A stretch of DNA of 64,000 bases, taken from contig CM060731.1 in assembly GCA_030704615.1 (NCBI GenBank), positions 36,146,001 to 36,210,000 of the forward strand. The letters are read 5' to 3'. Position 1 is the stretch's first letter; the number at the start of each line of letters is the position of its first letter. Both the position numbers and the translations under genes were made by a program. Under the pieces are notes generated by a model. The model made no database searches and had not been told where the DNA came from. It saw only the letters and a list, made by a program, of their open reading frames with translations. This DNA is from Takakia lepidozioides (lineage: Eukaryota; Plantae; Bryophyta). This document shows, piece after piece, positions 12,812 through 25,700 of the stretch.

Positions 12812-13860
12812 CTCTCTCTCATTGGAAACAAGTGTCCTCACACTAGCAGCATCCGAATTCAACGCCAAATTACAGGAAAAACTGAAGATCTCGAGTTCGT
12901 AGAATCTCTGGGTGCAGAGCCACAGTCTCCCACAGATGATTGACAAGAAGACGAATGATGAACACAAGCGTCCAGACACTGTGGGCCCTGTCAGACTTTG
13001 CATGTATATAGCTGGACAGCAAACCATGCACACTTTTCCTTGTACCTCATTTCATCTCATCTTACTTTTGGGATGCATGAGAGTAGGTATGGGAGTGAAA
13101 GTAGCAGCTCATCTGGGTAGCTCAAGAATCCCAAGACTTTGCATTTGGGGAGGCATCTGTTCGGAGATGGAGCTCGGGATTCCACATGTATTGGGAGTAG
13201 CGTCGTTGATGCTGTCTTTGTTTGCTTTCCCTGTTCCTGTTCCTTTGCATGTTTGTTGATGTGAAACAATCATGTTTAACTTTGTAGTTAATGTTGTCCA
13301 GCTGCCATGGCTTAGTTGCCAACCAGACACAGCTTACTATAATCTTATCGTTAGTTAGCTGTAATCTCTCACCCACAACTATTAATTATGTAAAGAGGGC
13401 TTATTTCCCATGATCAATTATGAACAGTGGGTGACATAGTATAACAACGATCATCCGATCGTCGACATTAACTTAGAGACCAAACAATGGAAGAATTGTA
13501 TCCACGTTGTTGCGACTCAAATAATTGATCACACCCGGAACACAAGACTCAAGTTTGATTACAACTTGTAATGCAAAGATGGGTGTATTATGTATTTATG
13601 TATGGCTTGGATGTAGTAACATTTTCTGCACTTCTCCGTCAATTATTGAGTGGGAATGAGATTATTGCAGGCGGCAGTTTGTCAGACTTTACCCATAAGA
13701 ACAAATGCATGGAGTACATGCAAGGCTAGTAATTAGGGATAGGTTGTAAAAATCCCAAAGATCACTGCCTACTAAAAAGGCTTGAACTACTTCAAAACTC
13801 ATTGGTGCCAAGATTATATATTAGGCTCCACTCGGAGAGGACAGTAGGCGAAGTGACTAG

Positions 13861-14470
13861 TAGGGCCGGTTTACATGAGGGCCCGGGCCCAAGACCAAGA
13901 AAATGACATAGCTACCTACATGGCATGATTTATGGCGCCAAATTCTTGGGCCCAGCCCAACAAAAGGAACGCTCTTGGGATGGAGACCCAACTCTTCCCC
14001 TTGGGCCCAAGAAAACTAACATTAAATTATTAGTTCTTAAGCATATCACAGTCCTAGGATTGAAACATAGATGGGGTTGTAGGCAGGTGGATAGTCTGGA
14101 CACCCACCTCGCGGTAAGCACGCGACGCAACTTCTGCCACTTCATCAGCTTACCAGCTGGTTTGTTGCATCTTGAGTACAGGAATGGAAGGTGAAGGTTT
14201 GGCTGTGTGCTCCAGTTATCACTGAATATTATGCTTTCTTGCTGCTTCCATGGTTTAGGGATTCAACGTTTGTTAGAGACGACGTGAAGCAAAGAAAAGA
14301 GAAAAGAAGAGGGGGGAGAGTGGCTGATATGGGTGTCCGGCCTTAGGCTTGAGCCCAATAGGTTTACACGGAGAGGGCCCAACTTTTTAAATATTCTATT
14401 TTAATCAGTTCATTCAGCCCAATTGTGGGCCCAAAAGCGCTCATGATTTCTTGGGCCCGGGCCCTTAGTT
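13861..14470. mobile_element. MITE-like element, possibly PIF/Harbinger-derived
   Basis: Perfect 17-bp inverted repeat AGGGCCCGGGCCCAAGA (13878-13894) / TCTTGGGCCCGGGCCCT (14449-14465), internal GGGCCC motifs, no convincing ORF; outer termini and TSD not resolved. Confidence 0.5.
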
Positions 14471-16873
14471 ACGCCTGCTTTGGCTGGATCTTCTTCTTCT
14501 AACCATTTGCGGAGCTTGCCTTAGGAAGGAGGCCAACAAATATTTGGACTTATGAATAGGTGGGAAATTAGAAAATAAAACTCTAACACAACTGCCATCT
14601 GTAGTCAGCAATGAGCATATGAATGAAAATTAAAAACTTCATCCAAAACTTCATCCAATATCTGTCAATTGTTGAATGGCTCCCTGGAAATTTCTCCAAC
14701 CTCAGACACTCCTGAACCCTTTGCCTTCTCAAGCCAGGGCCAATAAAGGGCAAGTTTGTGATAATCGGCTTTGCAATAAAAGAAGAAACAGTTGTTAGAC
14801 CTAGTAGGGTTCAACTCTTCAGCATGAAAGATTGTGAAAATAGTCTCACATTGTTGCCTTTGCGCCGTTCAGATGTCATCCACATTATGTTCGGCTCGAT
14901 AAATTCATAACATGGACTTTAGCATGAGGACATCTATCTTTTGCATGGTCTTAGGCTGGACAGTTCAACACATTTGGCAGAGACTTGGATGTTCTTCAAA
15001 ATCCATGGCAGAGACTTCTAAAAGAAAGAGAGAGTTTCAGGTTTTTGTGGTTTGAATGTATGCTGTGAACCTGTGAGGGGCAGTCCGAAAATAGCCCATC
15101 AAATAAATAGAACCTGAAGGCACATGCCTTTCAGAATGAAAGGTGGACCCTGTTTCTCAGTGGTGTAAGAGCTTTACTATCTATAACTAGGCTACGCTGG
15201 GCTCAGAAAAGCGACAGGGCAGAGCCAAAGCTGACTGTATGTCTGTATGTCTGGCATTCCCTGAACAAACATAAGTCCCTGGTATGCAACAATACACCGA
15301 AGTTAGGTAGCTCAAGCGGGAAAGAGGAGAACTTATGTATAAACTGATGTCTTTCCCACCAAGCAGAAGCCGTATGTTTGTGGCTTCTCTAATGAAAACC
15401 CACGGTTTGGATCCCAGCGAATGCAACCTCTTGTGCAACAGGCCCTGGAGCAGTCTTTCCTTTCCTGCAGTTTATGAGGTGGAAGAAGAGCAGTCAGGGG
15501 TCAGTGGGGATATGATATACTCCTATGGTTCCGTCAGCACAATCCAACTGTCCATGTGGAGGACTCCATCGCCTGCCAGGAACCCTGTTTTAGCTGTTGT
15601 AACCTGTTTTTGTGGCAGAAGCCCTATAGGAGGAGTATTTGACAAACACTAACTTTCTCTGTGATGAGCTTGCTTGAAAGTATAGATGAGGAAGATGGAG
15701 GGGGAAGAATGGAGAGAGGTTTTGTTGCTTGTTGTTGTTGGCATCCCCTTCCTCAGAGGCAGGTGTCCTCTGGCCTTCCTTCTGTCATGGATTTGGCTGA
15801 GAAAGCCCAGGTGAAAAGAGTCTGATACTCCAAATGTGAACGTACTCAGTCCAAACGGTAGAGCAGCAGGTTGTAGAGGACAAATTGAAGATCACCTGGG
15901 AAGGAATGGAAAGTGGACAAATCCTGGAAATGTCCGCTTGTACAACTGACCTACATATGTTTCGGACTCTGAAAATGCTTTGTACCGAACAAACATAGAC
16001 ACACCTACTCCTGTTCGAGCTCTCGTCAAATGGGTATTACCTAGTGAAGGTACATCAATATTGTCAGACTGAAATAAACCGACCAAATCGCTCCCTGTGC
16101 AGCCGAGCCGACAATCCCCAATTTAGAGATCCGACATTTAAGCATACATCGCTGAGGAAGCAACCCACCACTATGAAATGAAGTAGACATCGTGTTTGTA
16201 AGTTACGAGGAGCTAGTGCGTTCTGCGAGGAAGACAGCATTCCAGCAACTCCCTAGCAACTCACCGTGACAAATTTTGTCTTGCTTCAGTAACTGCTGGT
16301 TGGAAGTCAGATTATGAACTGGCATCTCTCCTCTTGATGAAACAAACAGGTCTAAAAGTTATGTGATGAGAGCTCTTTCTTATGGACATTTTCGCCACGT
16401 TCTCCGGGAGCTATGAGTACATATTCTGACATGTCCAAATGCAAAATAAAGTTTGACAGCATGAAAACAAGAGCTTCTTCATAGCTACCTAAGCTTTGAT
16501 CTGAAAAACAGTCAGGTACGCTGGGATCCGAAGTGCCTTTCCCTGCAAAAGCTTAAGCTTTAAAACCGATAGGAAAACTCGGAAAGGTCTGTATCATTAT
16601 GCAGGTCCCCTAAGGTGCACGCAACTTCGGGCTCCGGCTCTATGGGCACAAGGCAAGCAAATTCTGATTAAGTTACTTGCAAAGAAATGGTCACGGTGTT
16701 CATTTCCATGGAAGGCAATTCATGGATGTCCTTCTGAGTTCACGGGGATCCTCGAGGATTTTGCAGTAGCGAAGTGCCTATGCACAACTTCAGCTGGATT
16801 CTAAGTTAAAAATTCATTGGTACACGAGCGAAGTATGCTCTTATTAATTACACCTACATGTGTATACTCTCTC

Positions 16874-16904
<31 letters not shown>

Positions 16905-18238
16905 AGAGACCCACCACTTCTGAATGCACAGCAGCTGTTAATGGTCTTGAGGACGTCCACAAGCATATGAATTGTGTTCTCGAGCAGCTGCGCGCTATCA
17001 TGGTTACTTCGCGGAACAATACTATTTGCAGCACTGATTGTACAAACTTGAACGTCAGTTGGATTTGCTTCAGGCAGACCAGGTTGATGTTACCTAGGAT
17101 GCCAAGAAATGATAGTGTTGGGTATTACGATCAGTTTGCTGCCATAGCCTTTCTCCTTCAGATCCGGACTCAAGGAATCTGGGGGTTGATTAAAGTCAAT
17201 TCTCAACTGATGCTGGGTATGTGGCGCGGTCTAGTAGTAGTTGTACATGTGTGTTTGCGCTGAACAGTGTCCTCCGTAAACTTGGAGACTTAGAGAGCTC
17301 TAGCCAAACAAAGCTCTTCATAACTTTAGATTGAAGAAGAGTGAAGAAGTCTTCAGCTACTAGCTGACAACAACCTGTGTCTCAACGTTTTCCCGACATG
17401 GCTGGGCTGGAGGCTCTCCCCACAAGCTGTCCAGAGCTTTCACACATCATGGGTTGTACTCATTACAAGGCTTGGCAGGGCAAGCGAGTCAGGCACATAC
17501 ATATTTTCCAGAGTTCCTCTCCCGGCAAAGTTGCTCACAGCTTTCGTGCATGCTATCTGTCCTTGCCCCGTGGATCAGATCAGATAGTGTCAAAGGTATG
17601 CAATTACCATAGCTCCCTGATAGCTGGAGACTGTGGACTCTCCCCACACAGCATGCAAGCTTAGTAACTACAATCACTCCTCGCCACTACCCATGTATCA
17701 AAGACCAAGCATATATATAGGAAGGACATAAAATCTGCTCTAGCCCATAACCAGAATCTGATGAAGGTGGCAACTTGTGCCGTGAAAATGGGACATCCGA
17801 CCTTTTGCTCTCGATAGCCACCCATGTGCCGCGGCAAAGAAAGAGTCCGCCATTCCTTCCAATCCTCAACGTACGCACAACCCATACAGTAGAACTCCTT
17901 AGTCCTGCCTGAAGAAAAGTTCTTCAATCCACTACTTATATGTATCAAGGTGATGTCAGCAGGGTGAGTCCTCTATGTTGAGCACGCAATCCCACACAGG
18001 CACCTTGTCCCTGGAGCGAGCATCGATCTCAAAAATGGAGGATCGCTATTGATGTACCCCCATGGGCCCAGTGAGCCGTGTCCGCGGAGCACGGCTGTTT
18101 GGTTATCTTACTGTGGTTAGACAGCTTTGTCCACATTTTCAGTCATGGGATCCATATGCAGTGCATGTTAAGCCATCTGCAAAAGTAGTATTTCAGGTTT
18201 TCCATTTATAAAGCTTCATCTTGAGTGTTCCTCAACAG

Positions 18239-19109
18239 AAATGAAACGAAATGGTGCCTTATAACGTCCGCGGAAAGCTCATAGAGCTTATGGGACAAAA
18301 TGGAAAGAAAAACATGAGAGAAATGAAATGAAATGAAATGGTGCTTTATAACGTCCGCGGAAAGCTAGTAGAGCTTATGGGACAAAATGGAAGAAAACAT
18401 GAGAGAGGAACAAATCCAGAAACCACAATTAATGTTCTAGCGATTGTCTAAGGGTGAAGGCCTCGTGTAGGTAGGCTGCCACGCATTTTTGATCCTCATA
18501 GTGAAAGACATCAGTGAGAGTTTGGGTTCCACTGAATAAACAGTGAAATCTCCCACGGATCTCGTAGTATAGAGGGCAGTAGAAGAAGTGTTCTTCAGTT
18601 TCAATTTCCTTGCTGCGCCCTATGCAAGCTGGACATAGGCGGTCCTCCCGTTGCAGGTTTTCCCATCTGCCAGTCTCTATCCGTAGGTTGTGGGAACCCA
18701 CCCTGAACCGCCCCAATGCCCTCAAGAGGGAAGGAGATAAGGGTGCTGAAAGGTAATTTGGTCTCAAGATTCTATCATCGCGGAGCACCAAGAATGTCTC
18801 TCGATAGAAGTGGAGCTTTGTCGTGAGATTGGGTAGCATCCGAGTTCTCTTGACATGTAATTCCATAAGCTCTCTCCGAATGAGTCTGTTGCGGTCATGT
18901 CTGGATGTGTGATGTCCACCTCATCTGGGTTCATTGGTAATAGGAAAGCAGTAGAAAGTCCGTTACGTTGAAATAAACTGTCCACTCGAGCATACCAGGA
19001 GTTCCTGAAACCTGCAGCTTTGAGCCTCATAGATGTTGTGAGGGCCCTTGCCACTAGCCATGAGAGAGAAAACAGGAAACCAGAGATAGAGATAAGAACT
19101 ATTGTTCGA
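18239..19109 (-). mobile_element. Host LINE 3' UTR fragment split by copy 2 (pieces 19109-19059 and 18320-18239)
   Basis: The joined pieces reproduce the 3' UTR variant of copy 3 (AGGAAACCAGAG..AGATAAGAACTATTGTTCGA) plus a second tail. Confidence 0.75.
18321..19058 (-). mobile_element. 5'-truncated RTE-X-like LINE (copy 2), inserted in the 3' UTR of an older copy
   Basis: ORF C-terminus FRVGSHNLRIETGRW..RLCPAC..ETEEHFFYCPLY (CCHC knuckle), (CATTT)n tail, 8-bp TSD CATGAGAG at 18313-18320 and 19059-19066. Confidence 0.88.
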
Positions 19110-19714
19110 CGGACAAAGGATAAGACGCAAAGAAGAGAGGAGGAAAAACAAAAGAACAACAGAACTTCAGGACGAAACCAAAACAAACATGAAAGAAAAC
19201 CCCAGGGAGGCAGAGCCAGAGTGCCTCATGCACGTAAGCTGCTGCGCAATTCCGCTTCTAATGGCTGAAGGCCTCTGGCCAGGGATATCTCCAAACGTGG
19301 GACAGGCCGCAGCAATTCTCGCACAGTTTCTTTCTTTGAAGGTTGAGATCCCTGTTGCTTTTTTACCTAGTCTTTGTTGAACAAATACAGACAGACACGG
19401 ATGCTACCAGCCATGGTTGACAGCTTTTGGGTATGTCCATCTTCGTTTACCTGGGCTGTCTTTCCATCAACATATTCTCACCGTCCCGGTGCCCCTGAGC
19501 CACCACATAATAGACAATCCAAAACGATCAACAAAAAATTTTGAGACAATTCTTTTGGTACACAATGTCTTTTGAGTTTCAAAGTAGAGTTGTCTGAGTA
19601 ACAAGCACCGGTGTCTCACAGCTTGCACAGCTGCGCCAGATTGTTGTTGTCACAGTTCAGCAGCACATCATTTCCCCCACAAGGCTGGCAGATGTACGTC
19701 TGCTTTCGTGGCAG

Positions 19715-22700
19715 TCACCATTCCTGTAATTATAAGTGAACTATGTGAGTGGGGGGACACGCATCAACTAGATTGGGTTTTATTACTTGCAAAGCAAACC
19801 CTCGGTTTCACTTTATACTGGCAAGCAAGTTGCAGGAGATGCACTCACATTGGTAAGTTGGAGAGGAGGCAGTTGAATCTCAGCTGTGTTGGTCTCTGGG
19901 CCGTCATTGCCTTGATGTCTAGACCTTGTGATAGCCTTTGAATAGTATGGGATGATCAGCTCAAAGACTTCCTGATACGCAAAGGAAAAATCAAGCATCA
20001 ATCAACCAGAAGGTACTGAGATCTTAAAATTGTTTTGGGCAGGGCGTCTATCACTTACCTTGTTAGGACCAACCCTGGTGCTGTTTTCTGCGGTTAAAAG
20101 CGGGCAAAACCAGTTCTTCTTCTCGCTCTCGATGACGTACATACTTGAAATATGCCTTAAGTTCATGTCAACTGCAAATACTTCCCCGCATGAAATCTGT
20201 CAGACAGTTTACAGGACCACGATTACAGGAATAATGATCGTGCACCAGCCTTATTTAGGTGACTAAGGAATTAATTGGGTGTTCACAACATGCCAATATC
20301 CTTTTAATGAAAATGCCATTGCAATCCACTCACGGTGCTGGGCAGTCCCACAAAGTGCACGATTTTAAGTTTGAGCTTGTTCCACATCAGAACTGTCCTC
20401 TTTCTGTCAAGAAGCCTAGGCTAGGATTCCTCCATCATCCTTGAGGACCCCCTTAGCCATCAATGCTGGCAGGGGACACCCTGTTTCTAATCCTGCAAAA
20501 AGCACCAGACTCCAACTTTGCATGACCTACCAGTCGACCATCGATTGTTAAACGACTAGCCTAAGTGGCAGCACTGGATTACCTTTGGAAAAGAAATTAA
20601 ATTCCTCTGTGCTGAGAGGCCGCTGGAAACATGTGGCACAAGGCAGGGTCTTCCTAGTGTGCACTAAGATGAACTTTGCCTCTGTGACTGCGGGAAATCC
20701 GTTCATGTCGACCACTCCGTTCTTGGCAGGCATATTGTTCGTGGTAACTCCTCCGTTCATGGTGACCGTTGCGTTCCACGGGTTTCCTGCGCTCTAGGTG
20801 ATTGTCCAGCTCAAACCGTCTTCGACGTTCCTGGTGACTATCCTGCTCAACGTGTTTTAGGGCTTCCATGTGTTTCCTGCGCTCTAGGTGATTCTCCAGT
20901 TCAAACTGTCTTCGATGCTCCTGGTGACTATCCTGCTCTATGTGTTTGAGGGCTTCCATGTGTTTCCTGCGCGCTAGGTGATTGTCCAGTTCAAACTGTC
21001 TTCGGTGCTCCTGGTGACTATCCTGCTCAGCATGTTTGCGGACCTCAAAGTGACTGTCCTGCTCAGGCTGTTTGCAACGCTCCAGATGAATGTCAGCTTC
21101 TTCAATGTGCGGTTTACCATGCCAATCCTGCTGCGTGATTTTCTGTGGACCGGCACACAGCATTATTGTCCCACACCCTTGACTCCACAAGAATGCAAGG
21201 GAAATTCTAGATAGAAATTCTAGTCAAGAGCTACTCTCCAACCTTACAACCTCAGGTGAGGGGAGTTCATTACTAGATGAGATGAGGTACCCTACCTCCG
21301 CATGATGAATCTCTTTGGCTTCTTCCAGCAATTTCATTCGTCTAGTCAAGGCAGCTCTCATCAGCTCCTCAGTCTTCCTCCAACATTTTTCTCGTTTGAG
21401 TATCTCATCTGTCATCATGGCATATTTTTCCTTTTTAACCAGAATGATCCTGTCCTCGGTGAATGTGGGGATGTGCTTAGTTAGTAGCCTGAGCAACCCA
21501 CAATCACTCCCCAGTTCTTGCTATTGAATCAGCAACTCATCCATTATCTCTGGAAATGGCTTCTCCAATCAGTTGTCTCTCAGGACACCATATGGATGTG
21601 ACATTTGGGCCAGGGCTCTATCTTGAGGAAGACAATGGAGTCCTTTCTGGCCAAAATTATGCATGGAGCACAACATCAGCCTAGTAGAGTTAGATACAGT
21701 CGCACTGGAGTTAGGCCTTTATCACGACCATAGTTTCCAACATAGGCCCAAATTGCTGCCCGACAAATGGCTGCCACCAAGAGAGCTTCGAACTTCCCAG
21801 AAATTAGCCCACAGACAGTCACAAACGTGCTGGTTCAGCGAAGCCCAAATGACTAAATAGACTTTCTCTCTCAGCTCAATGTGTAATTTACTCTTGTTGA
21901 GACTGGAGGGCTTCAGGAAACATAACGCAATGCCTGGTCGCAACAAGGGTCAAAACAAACCTTGAATAGAGTTCAGAGTGGTGTTATCAGCATCAGAGGA
22001 GGACACAGGGTTCTGAGCAGGAGGAGAGGGCGGTGGAGGTGGAGACGCATGGACTGGGGTAGGACTACTTGGAGGTGGCGGCTGCTGTGGTTCTATATTT
22101 GGAGTTTCTACTTCAACGATCTGCACATTGCCCAGGCATGCCAAACTCAGGGACCACAATCTTCATTCAGTGAGGTTAGATATCCTGCTTTCCCTTGCTC
22201 AAGCTGGTGTTTCAAGATCTGCATTGCTTTAGACATCAAGATTGTTAAATTTGAATCTCAAGTCAACAACATACAGTGCAGCCTAGACCAGCCACTTACT
22301 AGGTACATGACGACAATTAGACAAGGCTTCAGCATTCATCCGTCAGACCAATGCAAGACGTGGCCTGAACAAATGTAGTTCTCAATTCCATACCAGTGTC
22401 TATCTATAAGAGTGGGATGTATACTCGCTGTTTCTTAGCAAATGTCACCAAATTGCGCAAGAATTGCACACAAGTTGTATGGCTGCTCTATATTGAGGGA
22501 GCCTCACCCTTCACATTTTTAGCCCTAGAGTCTCTGAGGTTTGTACAACTTGAAGAGTTCAGGAAGAGCTTACCTTCACTTTTTCGAAGTTCGCATGATA
22601 AACACTGGCAGTTGACTGCTGTTCTGATTCCACACTGCCTAGGATTGCATCGTCAACTCCAAGATCTGAAACTATAGGACGTGGAAAGGCTCAGTTCCAG

Positions 22701-25700
22701 TCAGACAAAGTATCACCTCTCCACAAACTGACAAACTGAAGGCATGGTAATAGGCTGACATGCCAAGCCTTTGCAAATGATGGCCCTGAAACCAATGGCT
22801 TATTGATTGGCCATGGGGTAAGCAACATTTTTCTCCACTGTAGCGGCAAAACCCCTTAAGCGACGAACTAACAACTCAAAAAGATTGCACTACATAGGCT
22901 TAACCTCAAAGTTGTGTGGTTGGTTCAAAAGTAGAGGATTTCACTGGGCTTTGTCTTGTTCAGCTTGAGGGATACATAGCTACTATAGACTATAGAATGA
23001 ACTAAAACAAAGGAGAAACATGTACTATACTACTTACCTTCACCAACAGACCCACTCTGAGAAAGTTCATAAGGTAACACCTCGACCGGAGGTGTGGAAC
23101 CATCCGAAACTGATACACCCCTGTGTCCAAGCATGATATCCCCCACACCAACGCCAATTAGCTTCCCAGTTGCACTCCTCTCAGCAGCTTGGCTGCTCCA
23201 GTGCATAAGGAAGCCCGCTAAAAGGTGAAATTTGAGAGTCAATCATTCTGTTCTTTAAGCTATCCTTATTGCTGAGCAGTCAGGACTATCTGGCACCACT
23301 TGGATATGTAACCCATAGTCATTCTACTGAGCATCATGCTACAGGATTTCTTACAATACCAGGAGCACTTTAACAGTCATATCTTTTCGGCTACCTTTAT
23401 GGCAGAATGGCGGTCTAATTATCAATCAAGTTTCAGCAGTTGATGAAGAGCTCCTTTTTCGGCCACTAGTAAAAGCCTGGAGGGTCTATGAAATGAAACA
23501 GAAAGGGGCACTCTTTTCACTTAAGATAGACTACTATTGCTCTATCCAAGGAGCCTATGGGTATCTTCCATCACAAGGAACAGATCTGTGGAGTGACGAG
23601 ACTTACATTTGCACCTCAGTGAGTTGATCCTGTAGGCTTACAAGGTTGCATTGCAATTCATAGTTCCTCCTGCTAAATGCCTCACATTCTTGCTTGAGAG
23701 CATCATAGTCTTGAATCAGCCTAAGCCACCAAAAACATACCGTATTCAACAATGTTAAACACGACACTGTGAAAATTATGTGACTGCTGGACAAGGAAAC
23801 CAATTTTTGACCCTGGTCCTGCGAAGCCATGAACCAACTGGTAGATGCAACTCAAGAACTCCAAGGTGAGATTACTCTCTAATCAGTTGTAGGAAGAGTA
23901 CGAGTGCAAATGAACGCCAGTCTAGACCCTGGTATTGCACTGTATCATTAAGATGGCCCCTTGGGAAGAGAAGCCTAAGACAGATCCATGTACCTCTGAT
24001 TCTCATCAAGGAGCTGGTTTTGTTCACCGGCCTTGGCATTCAGTGCAATGTCTTTGGCACGCATTGATCGCTGCCATTCACGCAAGCGCCTGTGTTGCTT
24101 TTGCAACATACCTTCCTTCTCCTCCAAGCCCTGTTCCAGGTACGCATAAATCATACTGGACAGATTGGTGGTGGACAATTTCTTAGATCAAAACTTGTTC
24201 AAGGAAATTTGACAGTACCTTCATACCGCTGCTTTGAGAAGCTGCATTCTCCAGAGCTGCAAACTCACTCCTTAACTCCATCAGTTTCTGTTTTCACAAC
24301 AGACAGATCCAGTGCATTGCTCTTTTTCAGTCATCAAACCATGGGATTTAACAAGTTCATCCTCTTCATGCCCAAAGTCATTCCCAACACATAAAACGTG
24401 AAAATCCTTCTTATTCCACCTATGGAGATGACAACCTCTATAACTAGTACGCCTCAGCTTCACAAGTTTCTGGTGATTCATGTCATTTCCACAGGAATAT
24501 TGGCCCCTTCTTGAACAAATCTTTCAAAGGTACCCACCCACCCAGAAGGCCAATATGTGTGACAGAAAAGGAACAAGAAACTTCCTATACTGCAAACATC
24601 CATGAGCTACATTTGCAAGGCTCAAACATCCACAGACGTCCAACAATGAGGGAACCATATCTTCCTTATGTTGCTTCCTACCATTTTTCTGCAGGCATTG
24701 ACAAACTATGGCACACATCAGTTTATATGAAGATCCAAAACTCACAAATTGGACCAACAATGCCCATCCTTGAGAGGAGAGATCTGCTAGAAGGAGAAGA
24801 ATAACTCAGAGATGGTTGTTTTCTACAAAGCCCTATCTTGATACTGATATGTCCTGATTCCTTGCTGCTCATATATCCTGCTACTGCCACCAGGACGTGT
24901 CTGTGTACTCAGGTGGTATGTGAACTGCTTACCCAAGATAAAAGTTGACAGCAACACGTAGCTCCAAGTTGGATTTGAACCCAGGAGCACCTGGTGTTGT
25001 CACAATACCCTAAGCACTGGACTATCTGTTGGAACCACTGCTACATGATATTATTTGTGTACCTTCTCCATGAAGGTCTTCTCATCTTGTAATTTGTCCC
25101 GAGAAACTACAAGTGCCTCATAAGCTGCTTCTTGTCTGCATACAAGCCATCGTGTGTGTGAACCTTCTCGAAAATTAATTTGCAACCGCAGAGGATGCAG
25201 CCCAGACTTTTCCTCATTCCTTATACTTCAGGTCCACATATATGAGCAACTTGTAGAGAGGAAGAAATATAAATGGAAAGAAATTGCTAGTCAGTAAGAC
25301 GGAACAACCAAACAGATCGACAACCACACAACCTGGAAGCACCAAATTGGGACTCTGGAGTGCAGCACCTGGCCAAAGTAGACTGCAACTGCTGCTCTGC
25401 AAGTTGCAACTGGGCAATCATAGAGTCCCGCTTCCATAACAGTGTTTTCAACTCGTTACAGTACTTCGACTTTGTGTCAGCAACCTGTGTGCCCAACATG
25501 CGCTTAGAAATTCTGAGCTGGAAATAGATGACCATAGAAATTATTTCAGCAAGCTGTAGGTAGTAGGAGGGTTCAATGGCTTATTTCCTAAGGATTTGGA
25601 CAATGTTGAGGCACAGAGGCATATTATATGAGGCATCTAGGACGTATTAACCATGGTTAGTGTGGCAAATGAGTGTAGGAATCTTTCACATCCCGGTGCT

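Noticed and set aside
14600-18200. Possible gene or pseudogene from short ORFs
   Set aside because: No consistent exon chain or recognisable domain could be built by eye; left unannotated.
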